Positions 24,171-38,263 of a stretch of DNA of 64,000 nucleotides are shown here, piece by piece; position 1 is the stretch's first letter; each line of letters begins with the position of its first letter. The notes under the pieces were generated by a model. It did no database searches and was not told the DNA's origin. It worked only from the letters and a program-made list of their open reading frames with translations. Location of the stretch: NCBI GenBank assembly GCA_023213395.1, contig CM041465.1:225687741-225751740 (forward strand). Direction: 5' to 3'. The position numbers and the translations under genes are program-made. Source of the DNA: Cycas panzhihuaensis. Lineage: Eukaryota; Plantae; Cycadophyta.

Positions 24171-27100
24171 ACCTTTAAAACTCTTGTAGATTTTTAAAAT
24201 GATTCTCTAGTATAACCCCCCTTAGAGTAACATTTAAATTTCACAAGGACTTATCTACAATAGTAATTATGTATTTACCACATGAATTGAGAGTACAAAT
24301 AAGTTAAATTTACATGAAGTAACTAGATTATATAGTATGATAGGGCAATTGCCATCCACACAACATATAAGTATAATGCAGAACTAGGAATATTTCTATT
24401 AAGAATATGGACTTGGATCATAACCAAAGTCATACATCCATAGGAGGAATAATCATCCATAGTCACATCATGTAAATGGAGATGTGAGTTGAAGGACACA
24501 GGTATTCCAATAAGCCACTGCAGATTCAAATGTTGCCAGGTGAATTCAAGGATGAAACAAATTGAGAAGAAGATGCAGACGAGTTATGCTCTGAAACGAA
24601 CTGCCAGGCTGACATTCCTGCACTTTTAAGTACTCCCAATAGAAGAGGCACACTAAATATACAGACGTATTGACCCCCGAGTCATCGCCTAGCTACCTGG
24701 GCAACTTTCTGTTGTACAAAGTTCATTGACCAATTACAAAGATTCATTCACTTTACGGTCCACCGGATCTTTGTATGTGAGTATTGAGAAGATCTCATTG
24801 GTCGGTCTTCATTCATTGCTGCGTTTGTCGAAAACCCACCATTCACCTATAATCTGTTGTTCTGTGTGTGTCGCTATGCAGTCCACATGTTGATCACATA
24901 TATCGTGAAAATTGCCCTACCCACCAACAATCAGGCATCTCCGTAGTTGTTGTCGTGAGATCACCAATGGTTCTATTGATCGTAGACAATTTTTTTTTTG
25001 CACACGGTCATTACGGTTCACCCTAAATTATAAAAATAGTAAATTCAACGGTTTGGAAACTCTTGGCCAAATTTTTTTCTTTTTCAAAAGCTACAAGTGA
25101 TTTAATTATTTTGGATAAAAAATAAAGGTCTGTATCTCCCTTCTTGTGAGCGGTTGGTTACATAGGAATCTATAGGGTGACGAGGGGCTGGAATTTTAAA
25201 CCTAAAATTTTAACATATATTTAAGATATTTTTAGCCATAACTTTTGTTACATATATTAAAATTCAATTCTATTTGAATCATTAGAATCTTGATTTAGAA
25301 TTTTTTATTTTAAATTATTGGATGGTATGTTTTGATGAATATTTGTAGTAAAATATTTAATTTGGAGGTTATCTTTATTAATAGAGTTTTAAAAGGCAAT
25401 CATGAAGAATCATACAAAAATTCTTATTTTCATTAAGGGTAGAGAAGTTTGATTCACAGATTGGATAGATAAAATTAAAATAAGTCTTAAAACCTCACCC
25501 TAAGCGTTAAAAAAAAATGGTTTAATTATTAAGCCATAGCTAGATGGAATGGCTTATGAGTGGACATCTAATGCAGTTTCTTATTAAATTGATTGGATAA
25601 CTTTCTAAAGATGTTTCTTACATAGGATTAATGAAAAAATTAGGGAGTGGCAAAATGAGCATATACATTATTACAATAATGGTAATACTTTCACAAGTTT
25701 CAAGAAAAAATATTAAGAAGAAGACGAGAAAAAGAGCCAGTAAGAAGTCATGTCAAGAGCACAAGATATGGTACAAAATTTGATAACAAAACTGGAAGCC
25801 TTATAAGAAAAAGCAATGGATTAGGAAGAAAAAAGGGAAGAACCAACTAAGTAGATTGAAGAACAACCTATCAAGGAGCCTATCGGTGAGTAATATAAAC
25901 ACATGGGGATCAAACAAAGTATCACCTACCAGTGAGCAACCTAAAAAAAAAATTGAGACACAAGATATCTCTGAAAGGGTACTTGCTTTAAATTCTTATT
26001 TTATTTTACACTTATCTATTTCTTTTGACAACTTCCTTAATCATCTTAAATTTTCAAGCTCTATAACCTAACAAAACCCCTCATTCCTTAACTCAACAAA
26101 GTCGTATAATTGAATTAAAACTTGAAACCATCAAATTGCATCTCCTAATAGGCCAAATGCTTATTCTACTTGAGATACCTCATCACATCTATTTTCCTAA
26201 AAAATCTCTTATTTACCATTCTCCTATTTCCCAATTTCTATTATCCTTTCAATAAGTTTCATTCCCTAGTTTTATCATTGTACACCCCTTCTATAAAGCA
26301 TTGACTCTTTTCCCTATACATCTCAACTCACTTTACCACCAACCTTCTTACCTATCAACATGTTTTTCCCTTAGCCCTTTATATTACTCTATATATCACC
26401 TTTGCATGCCCATATTAAACCTCTTTTCCATAAGAAATAATTAACCCTTATCCCCTACTCATCCCCTCTAAATTCCTCATACCTTAAGCTCACTCATAGA
26501 TCCAAATTTGTGTGTCTTTCATTCTATATATCATAATCCTCTTGTTTATTCCTTATTTAGCCTACAATTCATATATCCCATTTCCCAATCAAATTCCCAT
26601 ATATACTACCTCCCAATTTTCCCCCTAATGCAACTCATCAATACCTTTTATCCCCCATATTTTTTACTTTTCTCTCCTTGATATGTATCTATATAAAACT
26701 TCTATCATATCCTCATTCCCTCATTTATTATCTTTTTCCTATTACCTCATCATGTATCACTCCTTAATCTTGCTTGTACCATATACCAATCATGTTTATT
26801 GATCAGACCCACCCTTTAAAATCTATTTCTTATGTTCTTACCTATGATTACAAAATGTTTTTTATCCTTCTCATCATCCCCTTTCTAAATCTTACCTCCT
26901 GCATCTAATATGTCTTACCAATCTCACATTTACTCTCATCCTCCATAGATTACACTCATATAATTATTCACCCTAATCTATTGTCACCATTATCCCCCTA
27001 CACCACATATTCTCCTCATATCCTAAGGCTGTTTTCTCACCCTTCAATCTTTATATGTTCCCCTTATATATGTCATGTTGATCTTATGTATTGTGCAACT

Positions 27101-27617
27101 CATACCTTTCATCACCTTTCTATAGATCTCCCATATTGCTCACAAGGTAAACTCCAACAAAACTTATCTTACCACTCTTACTCTCTAACTCATTATTCTT
27201 AGAATGTCCTGCATTAACTTCCTTAATATCATTTTTATAGTCCATATTTTTCCTTTGCATTCCATCATTTCCCCTTGAAAGATAACTATAAGAAGACACA
27301 ATGTACAAACAAAAGATAGGACCTCAATTAAGTTAAAATTAGAATACACTAGTCCCAAGTTCGTTCAAGTATAGAGTTTTGTACAAAGGCATCTTAAACG
27401 AGGCACTATCACAAACATAAAAAGGATATATGTGGGTTGCTTTGAGAAGATGAAACAAAGGTGAACTAAATGCCTATGATATTTTTCCCTTAACATGCGG
27501 TAGGTTGAAGACATATATTGTCTTTGTCACACTTATGGGTAACATTGTGCAAGGAAGTACATGCTCTAGGTTTACAAATTAAAAGGTAATAATATTTTAA
27601 GAACAAAGTATTTTCTA

Positions 27618-27891
27618 AAGAAGGGAGGGATTGCAATAATCCTAAAACTAATGATAGAAGACAATATTTTTTATTATGAAGTCAATTTTTTTATAAGGGT
27701 CTATTTTGGCACATATAAATAACGGAGACCCCTAACTCATTATGTATGATATTTTTTATGAATATTTGAATATGGAACTTTGGTGCTTAACACCTACCAA
27801 ATCACAATTATTATCCGTTATGATCTATTATTCTATCATCTCTTGTTGATTATCTGAGTTACTACTAAATACTTATCTTGGGATCGTTATA
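27618..27891 (+). mobile_element. PPT and probable 3' LTR of a decayed Ty3/gypsy element (gag-like remnant near 25440-25700)
   Basis: AAGAAGGGAGGGA followed by TGCAATAATCC (27632); decayed inverted end GGGATCGTTATA at 27891. Confidence 0.4.
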
Positions 27892-29684
27892 GTTCACCTC
27901 ATATAAAAGAGGTCAAAGGATATTTGCATTGGACGTTAAGATAAACTTGACTGGCTCTTATGATGTATGAAATATGCAATGATATTAATCAATCGATTAA
28001 GGGAGAGGCACCCATTTCTAGATTTTACAACTAAGACACTAAATTTAGAAGTATAATCCTCATCCATGTCTACTAAGTAAATTTGAATAATGAGTACATA
28101 AAATAGCTATATACTATTATAAAAATGACTTTGAGTCTTATCATGGGCCTAACATATTTACATGCTATCTAATTCATATCTCCATTAGGCTTTGAGTACC
28201 CTTAAGCTAATTTTATCACTCCACATGATATTTATAAGAAGGCACCTCTATTATGGCTACCTTAACTAATATTCCATGCCATGTCCAATGAAAAAAAATC
28301 ATGGGTTACCTCTCCATGTTAAACATTATATTATCTAAATTTAATTGGGCTCACTAGTCTTGCTAATAGTGGTGGTTGATTATTCTAGTGTATTTTATTC
28401 TAAATAGCCTTCTCTATGTTGGTTAATGGTTATTTTCATTAACTTGAAGTAATAAAATGATGTTAAAATCAATTAAACCTGTAATAATTATCCATTGGCT
28501 ATCATTAGCATTAGTGAAACTGTTTTTACATTCATACTTACTTGATGGCACCAAGCTCTAACATGAGTAACACTATTGGTTGGTTAGGATTATGATATGT
28601 AGGCACACCATAATTGACATCATCTTCATGATTGACATCTTAACTAGATATAGCATAAGAGAAACGATAATCCTCTTAGAACAAACCCACTATGAACTTT
28701 CAATCAATGAAGAGAATTCTCTATCCTTAACATACTTACAAAACATCCATTTCTACTATATATGATGGAGGGGATGTCATAATATTAGGACATTATAATT
28801 AACTAGTAAAGTGTCCTTATTCATCACCTATAAGGCTCTTTGTGATAGTGGTGTTATTGTTCATTAGCTACACGAATGTCCTCAAACCTTCTAAAGTTAG
28901 ATAAATGACACTTAAGATTAGAATTGAAGTAATGGGGCTTATAGTTACTAGAAATAGGTGCTAATAAATAAATGTATTATTAAATATAAATAAAGAAAGA
29001 TGTTAAGAGTTTTTAAAATGCAGCCATAAATCATGATATCTCAAAACCATTAATATACAAGGCAAATAACTATCTTATTAATAATATAGTATGTATAAAA
29101 AGGAAGCTCAATTGCAAATGACAATTTTAGCCTACCATTCTTCCTACTATCCCTTAAGGTTACCTGCTAACTTTAATCATGATGTTTTCATAGTATTTCT
29201 TCCAAAGGCTAATTGACCATGCCTTCTTTATTTATCCTCTCTCTTTTTAGCCATATTATGGTTGACGTCTTTTTTTTATTTTATTCTGTCTTTTATTAGC
29301 TTCAAAGCCTTCTATTATGATCATTTTTGCTTCTATATAAAGGATGTGTAGCCCTAATTTTGATCATCACAGTAGAAGAATTATAGGAGCTCTTAAGTTA
29401 CATTCCTAATTAGGATATTGTGGGTGGTCACCTTACCTTGAAGAGGGTACATTTTTGTGATACTCATCATTGTAAATACTTGAACAATTTTTTGTACATA
29501 ATATTGAGCTATTGTGGTTATTTTTTATTATCAGTATATTTTTATAAATGCATGAGATCTATTTCCTATTGGTAAATAATTATCATAATATTACATGGTA
29601 TATCTAGAATTTTCTCTACAAAACTAACATAAATCAATGTGAATTTAGTTTATTAGGTGTGAATCTCTACTAGATTCTCATAAG

Positions 29685-29696
29685 TGGTATCAAAGC
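29685..29696 (+). promoter_or_regulatory. PBS (tRNA-iMet, one mismatch) of a truncated LTR element
   Basis: TGGTATCAAAGC, followed by an AT-rich leader and a gag-like ORF remnant at 30083-30349; LTR limits not resolved. Confidence 0.55.
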
Positions 29697-32668
29697 TTCG
29701 TTATTAAGGCCAAAAAATTTGGGAAAAAAGTAAGTCAATGATTAAACTTTTGATTTTAATACTTATATTTCCTATTTTTTCCATCAAAAGACATATCTTT
29801 TCACTTAGAATTCTAATTTTTCTATTAGAAATTAGATTTATTCACTCAAAAAAATCAAATTTAATAGTAAAAAAAAATGATTTCTATCATAAGAATTCAA
29901 ATATTTTATTATTGAAAGATAGATATATGTTATCAAAAATTAGAAAATTATTAATCAAAGTCAAATTTTAGTAACCAACTAAATCTTATTTCTATGGTCT
30001 AGAAATAAATTCCAGTAAATTGAAAAATAAAAAATAGTGATAAGAAAACATATTCTAGCTATTAAGAAACTATTATTCAGTAGTGAATGAAGTTAACTTG
30101 TTAACAAGGAGAAATAGAGATACTATGGTACTTAAAACATGGGCATTTATTTTTCTAAGAATGGAATTAAGGTTAAGCAAGATGGTGAACCAATCATCAT
30201 TATTAATAGAGAATGTTAACAAAAGTGTAGACATTGTAAACAGCCAAATGATTAAAAAGCACAATGAGTTAAGGAATGAAGTAGCACAAGGATTCAAAGA
30301 ATTCTATAAACAGCTAATTAACATGACTAAAGCCTTGCAAGCAAAGTGAATAATAAATATGGCCAAGTTTGATGAGAATAATTAGGACAGAGAAATCTCC
30401 CACCATGAAGATAAAACTTACCACAATGATGAGGAGCGAGATGAGAGAATTACACCTAGATCTAATTGTGATCTTAAGAACTCTAAATTCCATTAAGAAA
30501 GAATTGGTCCACATAAGTCGAGAGATATTTGAAGTTAGATCATATAGATAGCTTTATATTTGCTTTAGTGATAGAAAGGTCCTTGAAAAATACTCAATCA
30601 ATTCACAAATAACCTCTCCTAAAAGTGGGCATAAATGTGCATGTCGATTAGATGAAGGCGTAAAAATTAGAATCCTAACTAAAAGAGAAACAAACAAATA
30701 AATAGATTAAATTAAACCAAGAAGACATGAAATAAGAAACTAAATAGTATATGAAGCATCCTAATCATGATCCTAAAAAATAGACATAGATAGTAGCAAA
30801 TTGGCTAAACCAAGCATGAGGTAACTAGACCATAGTTCACACTTGATCTAGTGACCAAATTGTTGGGGACTCCTGCCAATTAAGGCTACCCACACCCATC
30901 TACTTCATAAAAGGTTGAAAGGAAGAATGAAGCACCGTCTAATTCTAGAGACATAAGACTAGCTCAGTTATTGAAGTGAACTAATCCTTCCTAAGGAAAA
31001 ATAACACTAAAAAAGAGAATGGAGGGAAAGTTGATTTAAGGGCATAAGGATAGATAGCTCACAAAAGCTAGCTAATCCCTCTTATAATGCAAACCATTTT
31101 AGGAAAAGAAATATAAAAAGAAAAAAAATCAAAACATATAGTTTCAAAATTTAAATATGATTTAGAATTAAAATAGGTAAGCATATACTAATTAACCATA
31201 AAATTAAGTAATCTAAAATGTATAAGAAAATAAGTAAACCAACATGCATAAGCAGGAAAAAAAAAGGAAAATAGAATCTTTACTTACACATGCATCTTTT
31301 TCTTACTTAAGAATTGAAAACATAATTTCTTTCATTTTTTTTTCAAAAGTATAAAACAAAATTATGAAACAAATAAGCAACCAATCAGTGGGATGAAAAA
31401 ATAAAGCAAGTATATATGGAAGTTACACTCCTCATTTATAGATAAATTTTAATTTAATTTTTAACTCCAATCTCTATTTTTTATTCTATTTTAGTAAACA
31501 CACAAATTAGTTCAAAATTGAAATAACAATATTAAGGAATTGCTAATGAAATCAAAGTGAATAAGCAACTAGAATATCACTCCAAAGAATAAGTAAAAAA
31601 CACCACACCTGAAATGAGCCATCATGTAATTAAACCTTAAACAAATACATCAAATTTAAAGAAATTTTGATAGCATTTCAACTACACCTAAAAAAATTCT
31701 TATGAACTTACAACCTAACAACTCAAAAACCACCAAAAATATGATTTGAAACCTAAATAAAACAAAGCTATAAGTATGTAATTCTTTAAAAAATTAGTAG
31801 TACAATGGTTGTACCCAAGAAATTTTTGAGAAGAAAATATAGTAAGATGTACTAAATCTTGTGGAAGAAGAGACTACACCAAATTTAGTTCATGACAAGT
31901 CTGAAAAAATAAAATGTAAGACATGAGAAATAAAGTAGTTAATTCTCTAAATCTAGTATCAAACCCCTTATAAATCACTCATTAAACTAACAAACACTAA
32001 GTTAGACTTGTAGTAAACTTATTAGAAAGAATAAACTTACATCTAACAATGTCAGAACTAATAAGAAATATAAAAAACAAATTATAAACTATTAAATATA
32101 TAATCACAAAGTTTAAGAAACTGACTAAAACCCTATAATGTATGGTAATGCATAGAAATAAAATAACAAAATAAAAATGATAATAAGCAAATTCATATAA
32201 ATATAAGAAAACCACTAATAATGTTATAATATACAAGTTAGTCAATTTCCATAAATCTCAAATGATAAATAAACAAGATTCAATTATTAGAATTCATTGA
32301 AAATGACCAAAATCATGCAAATATACCTTTTATATCATTTGCCTCTAAATAACCCATGTTATCTTACGCTAAATTACCCCTACATTGATTTTGTGTGAAA
32401 AGGATAAAGTGGGAAATAAAAAAACATAGAAAAACTAGTGGAAAATATGGATGAAAATCAATAAAAATGTAAAATTAATGATGAAATAGTTAGAAACTTA
32501 CAAACAACTAGCTAATAATGCTCAAACGAATGTAAAGTCAGTGGTAAAGTTTTTCAAACAAGATAAACAACCTCTCCATTATTCAATCAAAAGTCAAGTA
32601 GGCTCAATCTCAAATCTGGTAGAGTTTCAATAGCATAACACTTCATAAAAATTATCCAACTCTAAAAA

Positions 32669-33624
32669 TGATCCAAGAGGATCTACCATATGTCTACAAG
32701 AGGCAAAAAATGCTAGGCATTGGTACAACTGAAAGAAATAGGGCCAAATGGTGTCAAACTAATATGAAATTTTATGGAAAAGAAACAGACACATCCCACT
32801 ATATGTGTGGAAAAGATGGGATTCTAAAAATGTCATTTGGCTAAATGGAGAGCCTTATTTTACAGAAAATAGCTCCCACAGCCAACAGAAAAATAGCAAA
32901 TACATACTATTATTAAATAAATTCAAATATGGTCAAATGATATCCAAATGAGCTAAAATTTGGATAAAGTAAAGGGGACATGTGTACCTATATGTATACC
33001 AAATTTGAGCCAAATTAGAGTTTGTTATCCTTAGGTACCAAGCCATATCTTTTCAAAATTACATGAATGCCACTTGGACAACATGCATTATGGTTGTTAG
33101 TGGTTATACTTGTATGATTGCTAGTTTTTAAACATGTATTTTGGGTTTCTTTCTATAAATTAAGCCCTCTTGAGCTCATTTATGATGTTGGAGACTTAGT
33201 TCTTGTGTGTGTGTGACACTTGACTTGGGAACATCATTAAGGAAGCACTTGGAGGGTTATGGAGACCATAGAGGAGGCAATTCAACACTTCAAGCATCCA
33301 TTGTAGAGAGTGAGAGCTTTATTGAAGGAGTCTTGGGAGTTTAGAGGCCCATTGTGGTATAATTAGATTATTTATTCCTTGTAACTTGCCTATTCTTTGC
33401 TAGTTATTTTCTTCACCATTAAATGGAGGTTTTTCTAGTTTAATAAAAGTATTACTCTTCTTACCTTAGAGCAATGGAAAGCATGAATGATTTGGTGTAG
33501 AATTTCCTTTTATGGGCTCATTCTTATATTGATGTTATTAAGAAACTTTCACTAACACCCTAGGATCTCAAGGATAAAGGTTGGTAATTGATTTCTTCAC
33601 CAATCACGCTCTACTTTGGGATCA
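32669..33624 (+). repeat. 5' LTR of the CRM element (956 bp)
   Basis: Direct repeat of 38264-39218; about 10% mismatches by eye in the first 270 bp, mostly transitions. Confidence 0.95.
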
Positions 33625-33651
33625 TGTTTTTAGTATCAGAGCATGTGATCT

Positions 33652-36600
33652 TTGTTATGGGGACTTGAATGGTACAGACAAGGAAAGGATACTAAGAGAA
33701 AGGAGAATCTTTTCTTATATTACAATCACCAAGAAGACCAAGAAAGAATCCAAGTACCATGGTTGAAAAAAGAAGATGGAGAAATCAGATTTGAGAAGCT
33801 TAAGAAAAACATAGAAGTTTTGATACAAATAATGACCCAACTTCTACCTCTAGTCAAGGGCAAAGGTAAAGAGAAGGAAGTTGAAGGAGGATCCACAAAT
33901 GACCACAACCATGAAGAGGAAGAGGAGGAAACCTTAAAGCACTCATTTGAAGAAATCAATGGTACTTCATCTCATCAACCTTTCAAGATGGAGGCAAAGT
34001 TGGACATTCCAACTTATGATGTAAAGGTAAATGCTAAAAAGTTGGACCATTGGTTGGATGAACTTAAAACCTACTTCACAATTTATTCTTATAGTAATGC
34101 TCAAAAGCTTTCATTTGCTAGGCTCAAGTTGTACAAATATGCATTAACATGGTGAAATTCATATTTGAAGACTCATGATGTATCTTCTTTTTCTTAGATG
34201 GATTTTAAGAAAGTAATAAAGAAGCAATACTACCCCATTGGTCATGAGGGAGACCAATGGGTCACTTGGCAATATTTATGCCAACAAAGAGGCGTATGTG
34301 TCCAAGATTATACTTCTTTATTTTTCAAGCATGACATGTTACTTGGTATTATTATGGATGAACATAACTCTCTTATGAAATTCATTGGAGGATTACATGA
34401 ATACATAAGAAAGGAACTAAGGCTTTTTAAGGTTCAATCCATTGGAGAAGCAAGTAAAATAGCTATTGCAATAGAAAATAAAAGTAAGAAACCTACATTC
34501 ATGTCTAAAGATTTTGCTTTGACTTCTAATAAGTATGAAAAGAATCCTAAATTGCACTCATTTAAAAGGCAAGAAGTAAAGAAGAAAAGAACTAATTTTG
34601 TTAAAAATTCTAACTATTGTGAGCATTATGATATTAGTGGTCATGTTGTAGCAAAGTGTTGGAATATGCCATCCAAAGCTAAAGCCAAAGCATATCAAGG
34701 ATATGGAATCAAAAAAGAAGGAAAAAATGAAAGAACTACTTTCTGAGGTGGAGCTTCAAAGTGAAGGAGAAGAAGAGAAGGTTACTCTACTTACAAATTA
34801 TAGAGATGATGCTACAAGGGAGGAATTATTTCACTTGAAGCTTCGAGTAGGAAATAATACTATTGATGCCATTATAGATCTGGGGAGCCAAAAGAATTTG
34901 ATCTCAAAAATTTTGATGAAGAGCCTTGGGTTGGTAACTACTCCTCACCCTCACCCACATCCTCTTAGTTGGATCCATAAAGATGTGGAAATGCAAATAT
35001 TAGAGTAATGTACACTTAAATTTTCTATCACTAATGCTTTTGTTGATGAAGTGATATGTGATGTTGTACCATTAGATGTGTGACATGTTGTACTTGGGAG
35101 CCCCTACTTGTGGGATTGAGATGCACTCTTCTATCGATAGGAGAGAAAGTATTGATTAATGAAGGATAACAAGGGCTTTATCATAAAGGCTACAAAGAAA
35201 CACTTGGACAAGATGACATTAATTTTAGCCACTCAAGCAAAAAGGATGATCAATGCATGTGGCAAATTTATCATCTTAATGATAAGGATCAAAGAAGAAC
35301 CAAGAGATGAAGGAGGCCCTTCTACTTACACTCTTCTTGTATCACCTAAGCAAATGCAACAAATTAAGGAGTTAAAGAGAAGGTATGACATTCTATTTCA
35401 GCATGTTGATGGGCTATCACCAAAAAGAAAGATATACCATGAAATCACTCTTGTAGGAGATGCACCATTGTCTAATGTTGCTTTGTATAGGCACTCCATT
35501 GTAGAGAATAATGAGATAAAGAGGCAAGTTGAGGAGTTTCTTAATCAAAGAGTCATAAGACCTTCATGTTCACCTTGTGGGTCACCAAATGTCTTGGTGC
35601 CTAAGAAGGATGGAGGATGGAGAATGTGTGTAGACTTTCATGCTTTAAATAAAATCACAATAAAAAATCGCTACCCCTTACCTCGTATAGGTGATTTGCT
35701 TGATCAAATTCAGCATGCTTGTTATTTTACTAAGTTAGATTTAAAAAGTAGTTATCATCAAGTTAGGGTCAAAGAGGAGGACACATGGAAGATGACCTTC
35801 AAAACAAAGCAAAGACTCTTTGAATAGATGGTTATGCCTTTTATATTGTGTAATTATCCTGCAACATTCATGAGGCTAATGAATGAAGTGTTAAGGCATT
35901 ACTTGGATAATTTTTTTGTTGTCTATCTTGATGACATTTTGATTTTTAGCAACACATGGGAGGAATATTTGCAGCACATAGAAGAAGTTTTGAAGACTTT
36001 GGCTAAGCATCATTTGAAGCTTAATGTGAAGAAGTGTGAATTTAGCAAGGAGAACTTAGTCTTCTTGGGCTTTGTGGTTGGAGAAGGAAAGTTGAGCATC
36101 GATCCACTTAAGACTGAAGCCATACTTAAATGGCCTAGGCCAATAAACACCATGAAGGTGATAAGTTTTTTAGGAGCTTGTCAATACTTGAGAAATTTTA
36201 TTCTTCATTTCTCACAGATTGTAGCATCTCTACATGGATTGACAAAAGTTAATAAAAAGTTTATTTGGGATTCCAAAGAGGAAGAAGCTTTTCTTCTTTT
36301 AAAGAAGAAAATTTATGAAGCACCGATTTTGGCAATGCCAAATTTGTAAAGGCCTTTTGAAGTAGAAGTTGATGTAAGTGGAAATACGATGGGAGCTATC
36401 CTTATTCAAGATGGAAAGCCTATTGCTTACCATTCAGAAGTCTTCACCCCTCAAGTGAAAACCTATCCAACATATGATCAAGAAATGTTCACACTACATC
36501 AAGCATGCAAGCATTGGAGGTCCTACTTACTTGGAAAAGAGGTTGTACTTCATACCAATCATAAGCCTCTTCAATTTTGTAAACCCAAAGTAAATTATAG

Positions 36601-38220
36601 CAAGCAAGACACATGAAGTGGATGAGTTATTTATAATAATTCAATATTGTAATTAAGTACAAAAAGGGATTTGCTAATAAAATTACTGATATGTTATCTA
36701 GACCACCTTGTTCCACTTCTTCTTCTTCTGCTTTTATTTGTAGTTCTCTTATGAGTTTGCAGGTGGAGCCAATACATCATGAAGAGTACAAAGACTTATA
36801 CCATGAAGATGAAGCCTTGAAGGAAGAATTGGAGAACCTAATGAAAGGAAGACCTCCCAGCTTGCTTGGAAGGATGGTCTACTTTTCAAAGGGGAGTAGC
36901 TCTATGTTCCATCAAAAGGAGACAAGATCAAGTGGCTTAGAGAAGCCCATATTTCTAAAGTAGCTAGTCACTTTGGTATAGAGAAGACTTTAGCAAACTT
37001 AAGAAGATATGTTGTATGGGAAAAGATGCAAAATAATGTAAGAAAATATGTAAAAGAATGTGTAATATGTAATACTTCTAAGCCTTCTTCTAGAAAATTA
37101 GGATTATATACACCACTTCTATTCCCATTAGGCCTTGGGAAAGTATCTCCATAGATTTCTTAGGGGGACTTCCCATGACTAGGAAGGGATATGACTATCT
37201 CTTTATTGTTGTATATAGATTTAGCAAGATGATATGTTTAATACCTTGTAAGAAGACAATCGCAGGAGCAAGGGTAGCTGAGTTGTTCTTTGAGCATGTA
37301 TGGAAGAATTTTGGATTGCCTTCTTCCATCATTTCATATTGGGACACTCGATTCCTTTCATCATTTTGGAAGATACTATGGGAGATGCTAGACACCAAAT
37401 TAAAGAGGAGTACAAGTTTTCATCCTCAAACAGATGGATAAATTGAAGCAATGAACATAACTTTGGTACATTTGTTGAGGGGATATAATTCCAAGCATCC
37501 AAAGACTTAGGATGAATCACTAGCTTTTCTATAATTTGCATTTAATAAGGCAATGCATGCATTACACTCTAAAGCACCTTTCAAAGTTTGTTTGGGATAC
37601 TTACCTCAAAGTCCATTTCACTTAGAGTTTTCCATGCAAGCTAAGGAAGGATCCACCAAAGAGAAGGAGGGGCATAAGAAGGCTTTAAGATACTTGGAGA
37701 AGATCTAGAGAGTCCACAAAGAAGTACATGATCAACTTCTAAGGACTCAACAAAAGCACAAGGAAAGACATAACAAGCATAGGAAAGAGTGTACTTTTCA
37801 AGAAGGAGATTTAGTATGGTTATACTTGAGCAAGGAGAGGTTGAAAGGAGAAGACAAGAAACTCAAACCTATAAGGTATAGACCATTCAAGATTTTGAGA
37901 AAAATAGATGGCAATGCTTTCCAACTTGATCTTCCACCTTATATACAAATATATTCAGTAATAAATGTTGAATATTTAAAACTCTTTAAGCCCTCCATGC
38001 TAGATAAGGAGTAGGACTAGTTCACTTTACCTTCAGTTTATGACTTGTATTTGGAAAGTGAGGAGCCTATCAAGGATGCTTATATCTTGGAGAGAAAATC
38101 CACCAAAATAAGACATAAGATACATGAATCTTTTAGGATTGAAGTAGCAGGATAGTTGCTTAGTAAGGCAAAGTGGTTTAGTAGGCAACAAGGGGAACAA
38201 AACTTCATCTATCTTTAATT
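33652..38220 (+). pseudogene. Disrupted gag-pol of the CRM element
   Basis: gag (LDIPTYD..LDHWLDELKTYF), CCHC remnant, protease, RT (YLDDILIFS), RNase H (TYDQEM), integrase (STSFHPQTDG), chromodomain-like tail. Confidence 0.93.
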
Positions 38221-38263
38221 CTAAGCCAAACAAGAGTTGGTATTTTCCAAGGAAGAGGAGCCA

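Noticed and set aside
25980-27300. Pyrimidine-skewed block, possibly a LINE remnant
   Set aside because: No diagnostic motif could be read in manual translation.
29738-32245. Hydrophobic short ORFs (29738-29971, 31997-32245) as membrane peptides
   Set aside because: Expected by-products of very AT-rich TE DNA; no other support.
30900-32668. Host LTR of an older minus-strand element (possibly ending TGTTACA at 52071)
   Set aside because: No partner LTR, PBS or TSD could be fixed, so it is not listed as a feature.
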